In this document: positions 31,405-39,862 of the stretch, piece by piece | Layout of the letters: each line of letters begins with the position of its first letter | How positions within the stretch are numbered: position 1 is the first letter of the stretch | Assembly: GCA_043816785.1 (NCBI GenBank) | Contig: JBDRHP010000020.1 | Coordinates: 13,845-77,844, forward strand | DNA from: Candidatus Margulisiibacteriota bacterium | Lineage (GTDB): Bacteria; Margulisbacteria; WOR-1; O2-12-FULL-45-9 | Length of the DNA: 64,000 bases | Reading direction: 5' to 3' | Notes under the pieces: model-generated | Database searches by the model: none | Told to the model about the DNA's origin: nothing | Seen by the model: the letters and a program-made list of their open reading frames with translations, nothing else | Translations under genes and position numbers: made by a program

Positions 31405-31616
31405 CGTCCTATTTAGGTTTTCTTGTTCCTTTTAAAGATTTCCCCAGTTTTCTGTGCCTCTAGTATTATAATATAAAATATGTAGTAATAGTAGTGGCTG
31501 TGAAGATGTGGAGAAATCCATTTTTAACCGATCTTGAAAGAAAAATTATTAGACCTTTTCCACAGGGTCATTTATTGTAATGTGAATAGCTTTTTATCCC
31601 CATGGCTGTCCACAGC

Positions 31617-32978
31617 TTATTGGGCATAACTTCTTAGTTTTGATGATATGTTTTTTACTGCTTCCTTGACCGCCAGGTTGGTCCTCATCTCGCCCTTAAT
31701 TTTTTCATAAGCATGCAGCACTGTGGTGTGGTCACGCCCGCCAAATCCATTCCCGATCTTAGGCAGCGACAAGCCGGTGAATTCCCTGGCCAGGTACATA
31801 GCAACTTGTCTAGCGCCGGCTATTTCTTTTGTCCTAATTTTAGCTGTCATGTCGTCAAGGCGGACATTATAATATTCTGCCGCAGCCTTTTTTACCAGAT
31901 CAATAGATATTTTTGTGCGGTCGGTTTTTGCTGGGTCAAAAATATCTTTTAAAGCTTGGTCAACCAATGAATTGGTGATCTCGCTGGCATTAAGGGAGGC
32001 AAAGGCTACCACGCGGATCAGGGCCCCTTCCAGCTCTCTAATATTGGACATAACCCGGCTGGCTATATAGGAAAGGATCTCGTCTGCGACCACCAGTTCA
32101 CTTAACTCAGCTTTTTTCTTGAGAATTGCAATTCTGGTTTCATAGTCAGGCGCTTGAATGTCCGCTGTCAGCCCCCACTCAAAACGTGAACGCAGCCTTT
32201 CTTCTAAGGTCGGGATCTCTTTAGGCGGCCGGTCGGAGCTGACAACGATCTGCTTGCCAGCTTCATATAAAGTATTAAATGTATGGAAAAATTCTTCTTG
32301 GGTCCTTTCTTTGCCAGCCAGAAACTGGACATCATCCACCAATAAAATGTCGATACTGCGGTACTTGTTGCGGAAGCGCAGGGTTTTGTCGTCGCGAATT
32401 GAATTGATCAGCTCATTAGTAAATGTTTCCGACGTTATATAAAGAATTTTTGCCCGAGGGTTTGCCCCTGCCACACGATGGCCGATGGCTTGCATTAGGT
32501 GGGTTTTGCCCAGCCCCACCCCGCCGTACAGGAAAAGCGGGTTGTAGGCCTTGGCTGGAGCTTCAGCCACGGCCAGAGACGCCGCGTGGGCAAAGCGGTT
32601 GCCGTGACCAACGACAAAGGTATCAAAGGAATAGCGCGGGTTCAGATACGGAGAACTGGGCCGCTCCGTCTTAGAAGCGGGATAGGTGCTTTTCTCCAGC
32701 AAGGGCGTGGTGAAAAGATCTTTTGAACCGACGACAAAAAGAACCTTTTTAATTTCTGGAGAAATGTGGCTAAGCTCTTGTTCCATCAGGGTAACACAAT
32801 GTTTTGATAGCCAGTCCTTGACTAAGTCGTTGGGAACTGCTATTTGCAGCGTATTTTGATCAATGGAGAGAGGCTTGGTTGATGAGATCAGAGCCTCGTA
32901 AATGGGTTTGTTAAGGCTCTTTTCCAACAAAGGAACAATCTTATTCCACAAGGAGTTCAGGTCGTAATTTGAGTTCAT
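31617..32978 (-). CDS. dnaA: Chromosomal replication initiator DnaA.
   Basis: AAA+ Walker A (GGVGLGKTHL) and a C-terminal DnaA-box-binding domain. Confidence 0.95.
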   Translation of the reverse strand: MNSNYDLNSLWNKIVPLLEKSLNKPIYEALISSTKPLSIDQNTLQIAVPNDLVKDWLSKHCVTLMEQELSHISPEIKKVLFVVGSKDLFTTPLLEKSTYPASKTERPSSPYLNPRYSFDTFVVGHGNRFAHAASLAVAEAPAKAYNPLFLYGGVGLGKTHLMQAIGHRVAGANPRAKILYITSETFTNELINSIRDDKTLRFRNKYRSIDILLVDDVQFLAGKERTQEEFFHTFNTLYEAGKQIVVSSDRPPKEIPTLEERLRSRFEWGLTADIQAPDYETRIAILKKKAELSELVVADEILSYIASRVMSNIRELEGALIRVVAFASLNASEITNSLVDQALKDIFDPAKTDRTKISIDLVKKAAAEYYNVRLDDMTAKIRTKEIAGARQVAMYLAREFTGLSLPKIGNGFGGRDHTTVLHAYEKIKGEMRTNLAVKEAVKNISSKLRSYAQ

Positions 32979-33278
32979 TTTATCTTATCCACAGCCCACT
33001 TGCCAACATAGTGACAGATGAAAAACACCGGCAACTCACCAAAAATTAAGGTTATTCTTTAGCCAAAAAATTGACTTATGCACATGATATCCACAGGGAA
33101 TTAACATTGTGGATGGCAAGAAGCTCATGGCCCCTAAGGCTACCAGCCTTATTGATCTTGAAGTATATCAGTTCACAGGAACTTGTGCAAGTAATATTTA
33201 TTAAAGTTTAGGGTTGACAGACATTTAATCTTTCTTTATAATTAGTTATTGTTTTAAATAACGAGAAAGGAACTGTTT
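32979..33278. other. Putative oriC in the divergent dnaA/rpmH intergenic region.
   Basis: DnaA boxes: TTATCCACA at 32985-32993 (perfect), aTATCCACA at 33087-33095, TGTGGATgg at 33108-33116. An AT-rich stretch at 33190-33260 is a candidate DNA-unwinding element. Further box-like 9-mers lie in the dnaA-dnaN spacer at 31548-31606. Confidence 0.65.
33214..33242 (+). promoter_or_regulatory. Consensus sigma70 promoter (TTGACA, 17 nt, TATAAT) for the rpmH operon.
   Basis: TTGACA at 33214-33219 and TATAAT at 33237-33242, about 36 nt upstream of the rpmH ATG. Confidence 0.7.
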
Positions 33279-33416
33279 ATGATTAAAAGAACGTTTCAGC
33301 CGCATAAGCGGCGGAGAAAAAAGAAACACGGCTTTCGGAAAAGGAATAAGCGTAAGGGCGGACGTAAGGTTCTAGCGAAAAGGCGAAGAAAGGGAAGAAA
33401 GAGACTTGCTCCCTAA
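33279..33416 (+). CDS. rpmH: 50S ribosomal protein L34, 45 aa.
   Basis: Own translation [45 protein letters not shown]; RBS GAGAAAGG. Absent from the ORF track because it is under 60 aa. Confidence 0.9.
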   Translation: MIKRTFQPHKRRRKKKHGFRKRNKRKGGRKVLAKRRRKGRKRLAP

Positions 33417-33762
33417 GAGCGCTCGCCTTTCCAAAGAACGCGAGATCAAACGAACCATAAGGGCAAAGCAATACGAAGCCAGGCGTCCCCTACTCTATTT
33501 GGTGGCAATGGATAATTCGCATGCGGAGTCTCGCCTCACGGTCGTGATTCCCAAAAAGCTTGGGAAAGCTGTGGTCAGGAATCGGATGCGCCGTGTAATT
33601 CAGGCCGTCTTTGGCAATATTAGGCATAAGATAGCCAAAAATATTGACATTGTGGTTTTTCCCAGACATGCGGCCGTGGGTGCGGAATCGAGATCTGTTG
33701 AAAGTGAGCTAGGCAAATGTCTGGACACCATTGAGCAACTAAACAATGAAGCGATTTCTTAA
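33406..33762 (+). CDS. rnpA: RNase P protein component.
   Basis: Basic protein with the RNR motif ([11 protein letters not shown]); overlaps the rpmH 3' end. Confidence 0.85.
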   Translation: MLPKSARLSKEREIKRTIRAKQYEARRPLLYLVAMDNSHAESRLTVVIPKKLGKAVVRNRMRRVIQAVFGNIRHKIAKNIDIVVFPRHAAVGAESRSVESELGKCLDTIEQLNNEAIS

Positions 33763-33949
33763 GTTTTTGTTGTTTTTATATAAAAAAACAAGGTTTTCGG
33801 GTCCGTCCTGTCGGTATTATCCCAGCTGTTCAGACTATGCTGGTCTGTCAATTGAGCGTTACGGAGCCTTAAAAGGCTCTTTTTTGGCTTTAAAGCGCCT
33901 AATTAAGTGCAACCAGCTCTTTCCTGGCGGTTTTGATCCGGTTCCTTAG
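33746..33949 (+). CDS. yidD: Membrane protein insertion efficiency factor YidD.
   Basis: PSCSDYA motif, 67 aa. Confidence 0.85.
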   Translation: MKRFLKFLLFLYKKTRFSGPSCRYYPSCSDYAGLSIERYGALKGSFLALKRLIKCNQLFPGGFDPVP

Positions 33950-33998
33950 TTCATTGCTAGAATTTGGCTTTTTTATGATAAAAATGCCTGTGGATAAC

Positions 33999-34018
33999 TA
34001 TGTTTCACGTGAAACATA
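33999..34018. promoter_or_regulatory. Perfect 20-bp palindrome TATGTTTCACGTGAAACATA upstream of yidC, flanked by a perfect DnaA box at 33989-33997.
   Basis: Read directly from the sequence; a near-identical copy lies at 35636-35653. Confidence 0.5.
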
Positions 34019-34027
34019 TATAATGAA

Positions 34028-35014
34028 TTGGAGGGAATTATGAATCCGATTGCTTTTTTGTCAAATATTATGGTGGATGCCCTGAGGTTCTTTGCTTACT
34101 TTGGTGGCTATGGCTGGGGCATTATTTGGTTAACCATTGCGGTGAACCTCGCCTTGTACCCATTAACGTTGTCTTCTGTAAAATCCATGGCCGCGATGCA
34201 GGGGATGCAGCCCAGGCTCCAGGAGCTCCAAAAGAAGCACAAAGAAGAGCCGCAAAAGCTTCAGAAAGAGACCATGGACCTGTACCGGTCCGAGGGGATC
34301 AATCCGGTGGGCGGCTGCCTGCCTGTGCTATTAAAAATCCCTTTTTTCCTGGCGTTGTTCTGGGCCTTTCAGAGCCTTGCCTTTACGGGGATTGCCTCGG
34401 ATCCCGCAAACAACACCAGCTTTTTATGGATAACCGGCAGGGTGCCGGGCAAGGTTTTTCAATCTGAGAAATTAGTGAGAAGGCTTGTAGAGGCCAAGAT
34501 AATACTTGTTGACACCAAGGCCTCAAGAGGCGAGGGGCAGAAAAAGTATGTCTGGGATGCTGCTCTGAAGATGAACGATAAGCTGCTTAAGGATGTGCTT
34601 CGATCGAAAAGCGTTGAAAATGAGTTGGACGTAGCCGCGATAAAGGATGCTTTCGAGCCTGCTGTAAAGGGGCTGGATGACGAAGATGCCAAGAATATTA
34701 TTGCGGCCTGGAACAGCACGAACAGCCTGGCAAAGCCTGACCGCGTTAATACTCCTTTTGGCAAGATCTCAATCCTAGCCTTACTAATTGGGATTACGAC
34801 ATTCTTAATGCAGAAGAGTTTGCCAAGCGGGGGAGGTCAGCAGGCCCAGATCATGACCATGTTTATGCCGGTTTTTATCACATTTATTTGCTGGAATTTT
34901 CCAGCCGGGGTCCAGCTTTATTGGTTGGTGTCTAATGCTGTGGGCGCTTTGCAGCAATATTATATTATGAAGAAGCCGCATAAGCGGCCAAAAAATAGGA
35001 GGTCAGAAAAATGA
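34028..35014 (+). CDS. yidC: Membrane protein insertase YidC.
   Basis: YidC/Oxa1 core TM region; the likely true start is ATG 34040, preceded by a GGAGGG RBS. Confidence 0.85.
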   Translation: MEGIMNPIAFLSNIMVDALRFFAYFGGYGWGIIWLTIAVNLALYPLTLSSVKSMAAMQGMQPRLQELQKKHKEEPQKLQKETMDLYRSEGINPVGGCLPVLLKIPFFLALFWAFQSLAFTGIASDPANNTSFLWITGRVPGKVFQSEKLVRRLVEAKIILVDTKASRGEGQKKYVWDAALKMNDKLLKDVLRSKSVENELDVAAIKDAFEPAVKGLDDEDAKNIIAAWNSTNSLAKPDRVNTPFGKISILALLIGITTFLMQKSLPSGGGQQAQIMTMFMPVFITFICWNFPAGVQLYWLVSNAVGALQQYYIMKKPHKRPKNRRSEK

Positions 35015-35628
35015 AGAAGATAAGAATGAAGGGTAAGACGGTTGACGAGGCTGTAGCTGCAGCCCTGCAGGTTTTAGGAGGCGAAAAAGACAAGGCTAAG
35101 GTCACAGTCATTTCTGAGGGAAAACCGGCGATGCTGGGAGTGTTGGGCGGCGCAGACGCTGAAGTTGAGGTTGCTCTGTCAGAAGGCTTAGCAGAAGACG
35201 CTAGAAAGGTGTTGCAGGAGATCCTGGATAAGATGGTATTTATGGCTATGGTCGAAGGCAGCTTGGAGGGCGATCGGGTTGAGCTTAAAATAAAAGGCGA
35301 GGATATGGGCAGGATAATTGGGAAAGAGGGCGCCACGCTTCGATGCCTTGAGATCATTGTTGGCTCCATCCTTGGACGGCAGTACGGAGAGCGAGTAAGG
35401 GTAGGGATTGATGCTGATGGGTATAAGGATAAGCGCAATCAGGCTTTTGAACGGCTGGCAAAGGAAGCAGCCAAGGAAGTGGCGGAAACAAAACAAGAGA
35501 AGGTTCTGCCGCCGATGAATGCCGCGGACCGAAGGATTATTCATCTTAGTCTTCAGGATGACGCTGGTGTAACTACCTACAGCAAAGGCGAGGGTAGGGA
35601 CCGTAGATTGGTCATAGCCCCCAAATAA
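35011..35628 (+). CDS. jag: Jag/SpoIIIJ-associated RNA-binding protein (KH plus R3H domains).
   Basis: KH motif IGKEGATLRCLE and a C-terminal R3H domain; conserved yidC-jag-mnmE order. Confidence 0.8.
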   Translation: MKKIRMKGKTVDEAVAAALQVLGGEKDKAKVTVISEGKPAMLGVLGGADAEVEVALSEGLAEDARKVLQEILDKMVFMAMVEGSLEGDRVELKIKGEDMGRIIGKEGATLRCLEIIVGSILGRQYGERVRVGIDADGYKDKRNQAFERLAKEAAKEVAETKQEKVLPPMNAADRRIIHLSLQDDAGVTTYSKGEGRDRRLVIAPK

Positions 35629-35634
35629 CAGAGA

Positions 35635-37017
35635 ATGTTTCACGTGAAACATAGTGATACAATTGCCGCAATTGCTACGCCGCTAGGAGTTGGTGGGGTG
35701 GGGATTATCCGGGTAAGCGGAAAGGGGTCGCTAGCTTTACTTCAACAACTATTTTCCCCATCAAACGGAGACAAGGCTGAGAGCCATCGCATGATCCATG
35801 GCTGGCTGGCAGAACCAGAGAGTGGGCAAAAGATCGATGAGATCCTGGCTTGTTACATGAAATCCCCCAAAAGCTATACTGGAGAAGACATTGTTGAGTT
35901 CTATTGTCATGGCGGCATGGCTGTTCTTCAACGCGCGCTCAAAGCCCTGATTTCTGCTGGCGCCAGGCAGGCCCAAAAGGGCGAATTCACTAAGCGGGCA
36001 TTTCTGAATGGCCGGCTTGACCTGGCCCAGGCTGAGGCTGTTTTAGACTTAATAAAGGCCGGGACTGAGGTTGGGGCTGGGTATGCTGTTGGACAGCTGG
36101 AAGGCAGACTTTCAAGGGTCATCGCCGGTCTTAGAGCCATGTTGGTGAGTGCGCAAGCAGAGCTTGAGGCAGCCATTGACTTTTCTGATGATTTGCCTGA
36201 CTTTGATGGGCGATCCCTTGCTGCCAGGCTTCTTCAAATCAGCCAGGATATGGCTGGCTTAATTCGCTCTGCTTCAGGTGGTCGGCTATTCAGGCAAGGA
36301 CTTGCTATGGCAATTGTTGGCAAGCCCAATGTGGGCAAGTCAAGCCTGCTCAACGCGCTGTTGGGCGAGGATCGGGCGTTGGTTGCGGGCACACCAGGCA
36401 CAACTCGCGATACTATTATCGAAAGTATAGACCTTAACGGGCTTCCTGTAAGGTTAATTGATACAGCTGGGCTGCGCAAGGCAGAAGACGGAGTAGAAAA
36501 GCTGGGGGTTGAACGGACTTCCCGGGAGATAGACAGTGCTGATGTTGTCTTGGTTATGGTCGATGCGTCCTCTGGGCTTGACAGCCTGGACAAAGAGGTT
36601 ATCCACAGGACAGCTGGAGCCAGGGGAGTGATTGTTTTAAACAAAATTGACCTCGGCTTAAAGGCAAATCTTGGGTCCTTGTCTGATGAGATAAAGGGCT
36701 GGCCTGTTTTCCAAACCTCGGCACTTTATGGTCAGGGAATCAACGAGCTCAAGGCCGGCATTTTCAGCTATGTTTCTTCTTGGGCTGAAATAAAGGGCAA
36801 AGATTACATTATGGTTAACGCACGCCACAGGGAGTGCCTGGTTAGGGCTAATGAGGCCTTGGCCCGGGCACAGCAGGCATATTTGGACGGAATGGCCGTT
36901 GACCTTGTTGCGATCGATCTCAAAGAAACAATTCTGGCTCTTGGCGAGGTTTCAGGCGAGCTGGTTTCCGAGGAAGTAATCAATGAGATCTTTAACCAGT
37001 TCTGTGTTGGGAAATAA
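35635..37017 (+). CDS. mnmE: tRNA modification GTPase MnmE.
   Basis: G-domain motifs GKPNVGKSSLLN and DTAG, and the C-terminal CxGK motif. Confidence 0.9.
   Translation: MFHVKHSDTIAAIATPLGVGGVGIIRVSGKGSLALLQQLFSPSNGDKAESHRMIHGWLAEPESGQKIDEILACYMKSPKSYTGEDIVEFYCHGGMAVLQRALKALISAGARQAQKGEFTKRAFLNGRLDLAQAEAVLDLIKAGTEVGAGYAVGQLEGRLSRVIAGLRAMLVSAQAELEAAIDFSDDLPDFDGRSLAARLLQISQDMAGLIRSASGGRLFRQGLAMAIVGKPNVGKSSLLNALLGEDRALVAGTPGTTRDTIIESIDLNGLPVRLIDTAGLRKAEDGVEKLGVERTSREIDSADVVLVMVDASSGLDSLDKEVIHRTAGARGVIVLNKIDLGLKANLGSLSDEIKGWPVFQTSALYGQGINELKAGIFSYVSSWAEIKGKDYIMVNARHRECLVRANEALARAQQAYLDGMAVDLVAIDLKETILALGEVSGELVSEEVINEIFNQFCVGK
35636..35653. promoter_or_regulatory. Second copy of the palindrome ATGTTTCACGTGAAACAT, overlapping the mnmE start codon.
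   Basis: Perfect 18-bp palindrome; mnmE begins ATG TTT CAC GTG AAA CAT. Confidence 0.5.
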
Positions 37018-37023
37018 AATGGC

Positions 37024-37045
37024 TGTGGATAAGGAGTGTGGATAA
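37024..37045. promoter_or_regulatory. Two tandem perfect DnaA boxes (TGTGGATAA twice) flanking the folD RBS.
   Basis: TGTGGATAAGGAGTGTGGATAActtATG: boxes at 37024-37032 and 37037-37045, with the AAGGAG RBS between them. Confidence 0.5.
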
Positions 37046-37048
37046 CTT

Positions 37049-37900
37049 ATGGCTCAAATAATTAATGGGAAAGTGATTGCAACCAAGATCCGGGAGGGGC
37101 TGGCTGATGAGGTTGAGTCTTTTATAAAAGAAACTGGTGTCAGCCCAAAGCTCTCCGTTGTTTTAGTTGGAGACGACCCGGCCTCCCATGTCTACGTTCG
37201 GAGCAAGGAAAATGCTTGTCAAAAGGCGGGGATGATTGGCGAAACGCACCGTTTGTCAGCAAACATTAAGCAAAATGAGCTAAACGAACTGGTTCGCAGG
37301 CTTAATAAGGATAGGTCAGTCCATGGCATCTTGGTACAGCTACCTTTGCCTAAACACTTGGATCCAATAGCTGCGTTAAATGAGATCTCTCCAGAGAAGG
37401 ATGTTGACGGCTTGCACCCTTTAAATATGGGGAAACTATTAAGAGGGGATGATCCGCTGTTTATTCCCTGTACTGCTCATGGCATTATGGAGCTCATCTT
37501 GTCCACAGGGGTTGAGATCAAGGGCAAAGAGGCGGTTGTTGTTGGCAGAAGCAATATTGTTGGCAAGCCAGTTGCGCTTTTGCTGCTTCAGCAGCATGCA
37601 ACAGTAACAATTTGCCATTCCAGGACTAAAGATCTGGGTGAGGTTGTCAAAAGAGCGGATATTTTAGTGGCTTCGGTCGGCTCTCCAGGCATAATTCATG
37701 GAAATATGGTCAAAAATGGGGCAATTGTCATTGATGTAGGCGTTAATCGCGTTGGGGATAAGTTACAGGGAGATGTTGACTTTGACTCAGCTAAAGATAA
37801 GGCCGCTTATATTACTCCTGTTCCAGGAGGGGTAGGGCCAATGACCATTGCGATGTTGCTTAAAAATACGTTAATTGCCGCAAAGAACGCACAGAAATAG
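37049..37900 (+). CDS. folD: Bifunctional methylenetetrahydrofolate dehydrogenase/cyclohydrolase.
   Basis: FolD-like sequence with the NAD(P)-binding GRSNIVGKP motif. Confidence 0.9.
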   Translation: MAQIINGKVIATKIREGLADEVESFIKETGVSPKLSVVLVGDDPASHVYVRSKENACQKAGMIGETHRLSANIKQNELNELVRRLNKDRSVHGILVQLPLPKHLDPIAALNEISPEKDVDGLHPLNMGKLLRGDDPLFIPCTAHGIMELILSTGVEIKGKEAVVVGRSNIVGKPVALLLLQQHATVTICHSRTKDLGEVVKRADILVASVGSPGIIHGNMVKNGAIVIDVGVNRVGDKLQGDVDFDSAKDKAAYITPVPGGVGPMTIAMLLKNTLIAAKNAQK

Positions 37901-37901
37901 G

Positions 37902-38948
37902 TTATTTTGCCAAAATCCTGATCAAATCGTTGACAGTTAGTACTGCCAGGAGCCCTAAAAGGGCGAATAGTCCTACATAATGAAACTTATTTTCCAGCTC
38001 AAGGGGTATTGCTTTGTGCCTAATGGCCTCAATAAGTACGAAAAACAGCCTTCCCCCGTCCAAAGCAGGGATTGGCAGCAGGTTTAGGACCGCCACATTG
38101 ACACTAAAGAAGGCCAGGAAGCTAAGCAGGGACAAGACCCCGTGGCTGGCGTATTGGCCGGTGATCTGGGCAATGCCAACCGGGCCGGCCAGGTCAAACA
38201 GGGATATCCCACCCGTAAGCAGCTTGCCAACCAGGGTCAGTATCATCAGGCTTAGGCTGGCGGTTTGCAGGAAGCCTTTATATATGGCGGTCAGAGGGCC
38301 AACCTTTTCATAAATAGCTTTAAGCGAGAAACCGATCAGGCCGATCTTCATCTTCTTGTTTAGTTTTGGGGTGGCTTTAATTAATATTTTTTTGCCAGCC
38401 CGATCAATGCTCAGGGTTAACTCTATATCAGGGTTTTCATGGATCGTTTTAACCGCTTCTTCCGGGTCTGAGTATTCTTTGCCATTGATCGCCAGCAAAC
38501 GGTCGCCAGATTTTAAGCCCACTTTGGCAGCTTCAGAGCCAGGGCTGATCGCAGAAAGTTCATTGGAAATGCCAATTGGAACACCAATGATCATAAAAGT
38601 AAAACTAAAAACCAGAAAGCCCAAAATGAGGTTCATTAAAGCGCCAGCAAAGATCGGCATGAATTTTTGGGAGGTTTTTTTGTTAAAGAATTTTTGATCT
38701 TCTGGAATTTCTTTATCTTGGTCTTCATCCGCATCCAGGCCCGCAATTTTAACATAGCCAAGAATGGGCAAAATATTGATCTTATATGTTGTGTTGTTTT
38801 TGCTAAAAGAAAAGATCGTTGGCCCAAAACCTAGGCCAAATTCTGGGACCGCGATGCCGGCTCGTTTGGCAAAAACCAGATGACCAAATTCATGCGCCAA
38901 AGTGATAACCGTAAAAACAAAGATAAAAGAAAGGATCGTTAATAGCAT
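37902..38948 (-). CDS. rseP: Site-2 protease RseP (M50 zinc metalloprotease with a PDZ domain).
   Basis: HEFGH in TM1, a PDZ segment, and the LDGG motif. Confidence 0.85.
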   Translation of the reverse strand: MLLTILSFIFVFTVITLAHEFGHLVFAKRAGIAVPEFGLGFGPTIFSFSKNNTTYKINILPILGYVKIAGLDADEDQDKEIPEDQKFFNKKTSQKFMPIFAGALMNLILGFLVFSFTFMIIGVPIGISNELSAISPGSEAAKVGLKSGDRLLAINGKEYSDPEEAVKTIHENPDIELTLSIDRAGKKILIKATPKLNKKMKIGLIGFSLKAIYEKVGPLTAIYKGFLQTASLSLMILTLVGKLLTGGISLFDLAGPVGIAQITGQYASHGVLSLLSFLAFFSVNVAVLNLLPIPALDGGRLFFVLIEAIRHKAIPLELENKFHYVGLFALLGLLAVLTVNDLIRILAK

Positions 38949-39862
38949 GCTTTTTCAACCTCCTCAGAAAGTTTTTGTGCCTGATAAGCGTCCTCCAAAG
39001 TGACCTTTGGTGGAGAGTTTGATTTGATTGCTTTGATAAAATCAGCCAGCTCGGCTGAGAGTTGGTCAAAGCTTTTTGTGTGGTGAACGCTGGGAATATG
39101 ATGCTGCAGATCGCGCAGATAAACGCGCCTGTTTAAGAGGTCGGCTTCGAACATGCCGTTCTCAGTTGTAACTGTGATTTTTCGCGTCTTTATGCCAAAA
39201 ACTCGGTCTGACTCAACCTTGGCAATGATGCCTGATTGATAAAAAATCGTAGCTGAAACCTTGTCGAGTTTTTTGGTTTTTACCTTCTCGCCTTTGGCCT
39301 TTAAACTTTCGATTTCTTCTTGCGGCAGCAGCTTAAGCAAGAGGTCCAGGTCATGGATCATCATATCCTGGATAACATTGGTGTCAGAGATCCTGGCAGG
39401 GAAGGGACTGAAGCGATTGAAGTGCAGGCCAATGATCTTTTCTTTCTTGATCAGCTTACAAAGCTCCTGAAAGGCTGGGTTAAATCTTTCAATTAGGCCA
39501 ACTGCGGCGATCACGTTTTTGGCTTTTGCTTGCTCAACCAGCTGCAGGCCCTGGTCAGAATTTTCTGCCAAAGGTTTTTCAATTAAGATGTTTTTGCCAG
39601 CGTTTAAACAATCAGTGGCGATCGCAAAATGGGTTGAAGTTGGGGCTGCGATAATTATTGCATCAACCAAAGGCAGCATTTCCTGGTAATTATTAAAAGC
39701 AGTTGTGCCAAAACGGACCGCGGTTTGTTTGGCTTTTTCTTGATCAAGATCAGTTACTGCGAAAAGTTGAACCCCAGGTAAGCTGGAAATGGTGCGCGCA
39801 TGATGTTGGCCCATGATGCCCAGCCCAATTACTCCAAGCTTTAAGCCACGGCCCTTATTCAT
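38939..39862 (-). CDS. Gfo/Idh/MocA-family NAD-dependent sugar oxidoreductase (GnnA/WbpB-like).
   Basis: GVIGLGIMGQHHAR Rossmann N-terminus; translationally coupled to the DegT aminotransferase inside the lipid A operon. Confidence 0.7.
   Translation of the reverse strand: MNKGRGLKLGVIGLGIMGQHHARTISSLPGVQLFAVTDLDQEKAKQTAVRFGTTAFNNYQEMLPLVDAIIIAAPTSTHFAIATDCLNAGKNILIEKPLAENSDQGLQLVEQAKAKNVIAAVGLIERFNPAFQELCKLIKKEKIIGLHFNRFSPFPARISDTNVIQDMMIHDLDLLLKLLPQEEIESLKAKGEKVKTKKLDKVSATIFYQSGIIAKVESDRVFGIKTRKITVTTENGMFEADLLNRRVYLRDLQHHIPSVHHTKSFDQLSAELADFIKAIKSNSPPKVTLEDAYQAQKLSEEVEKACY

Noticed and set aside
35188-35652. A 154-aa minus-strand ORF beginning MFHVKH.
   Set aside because: It is antisense to jag. 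The MFHVKH start is an artefact of the palindrome, which reads identically on both strands.
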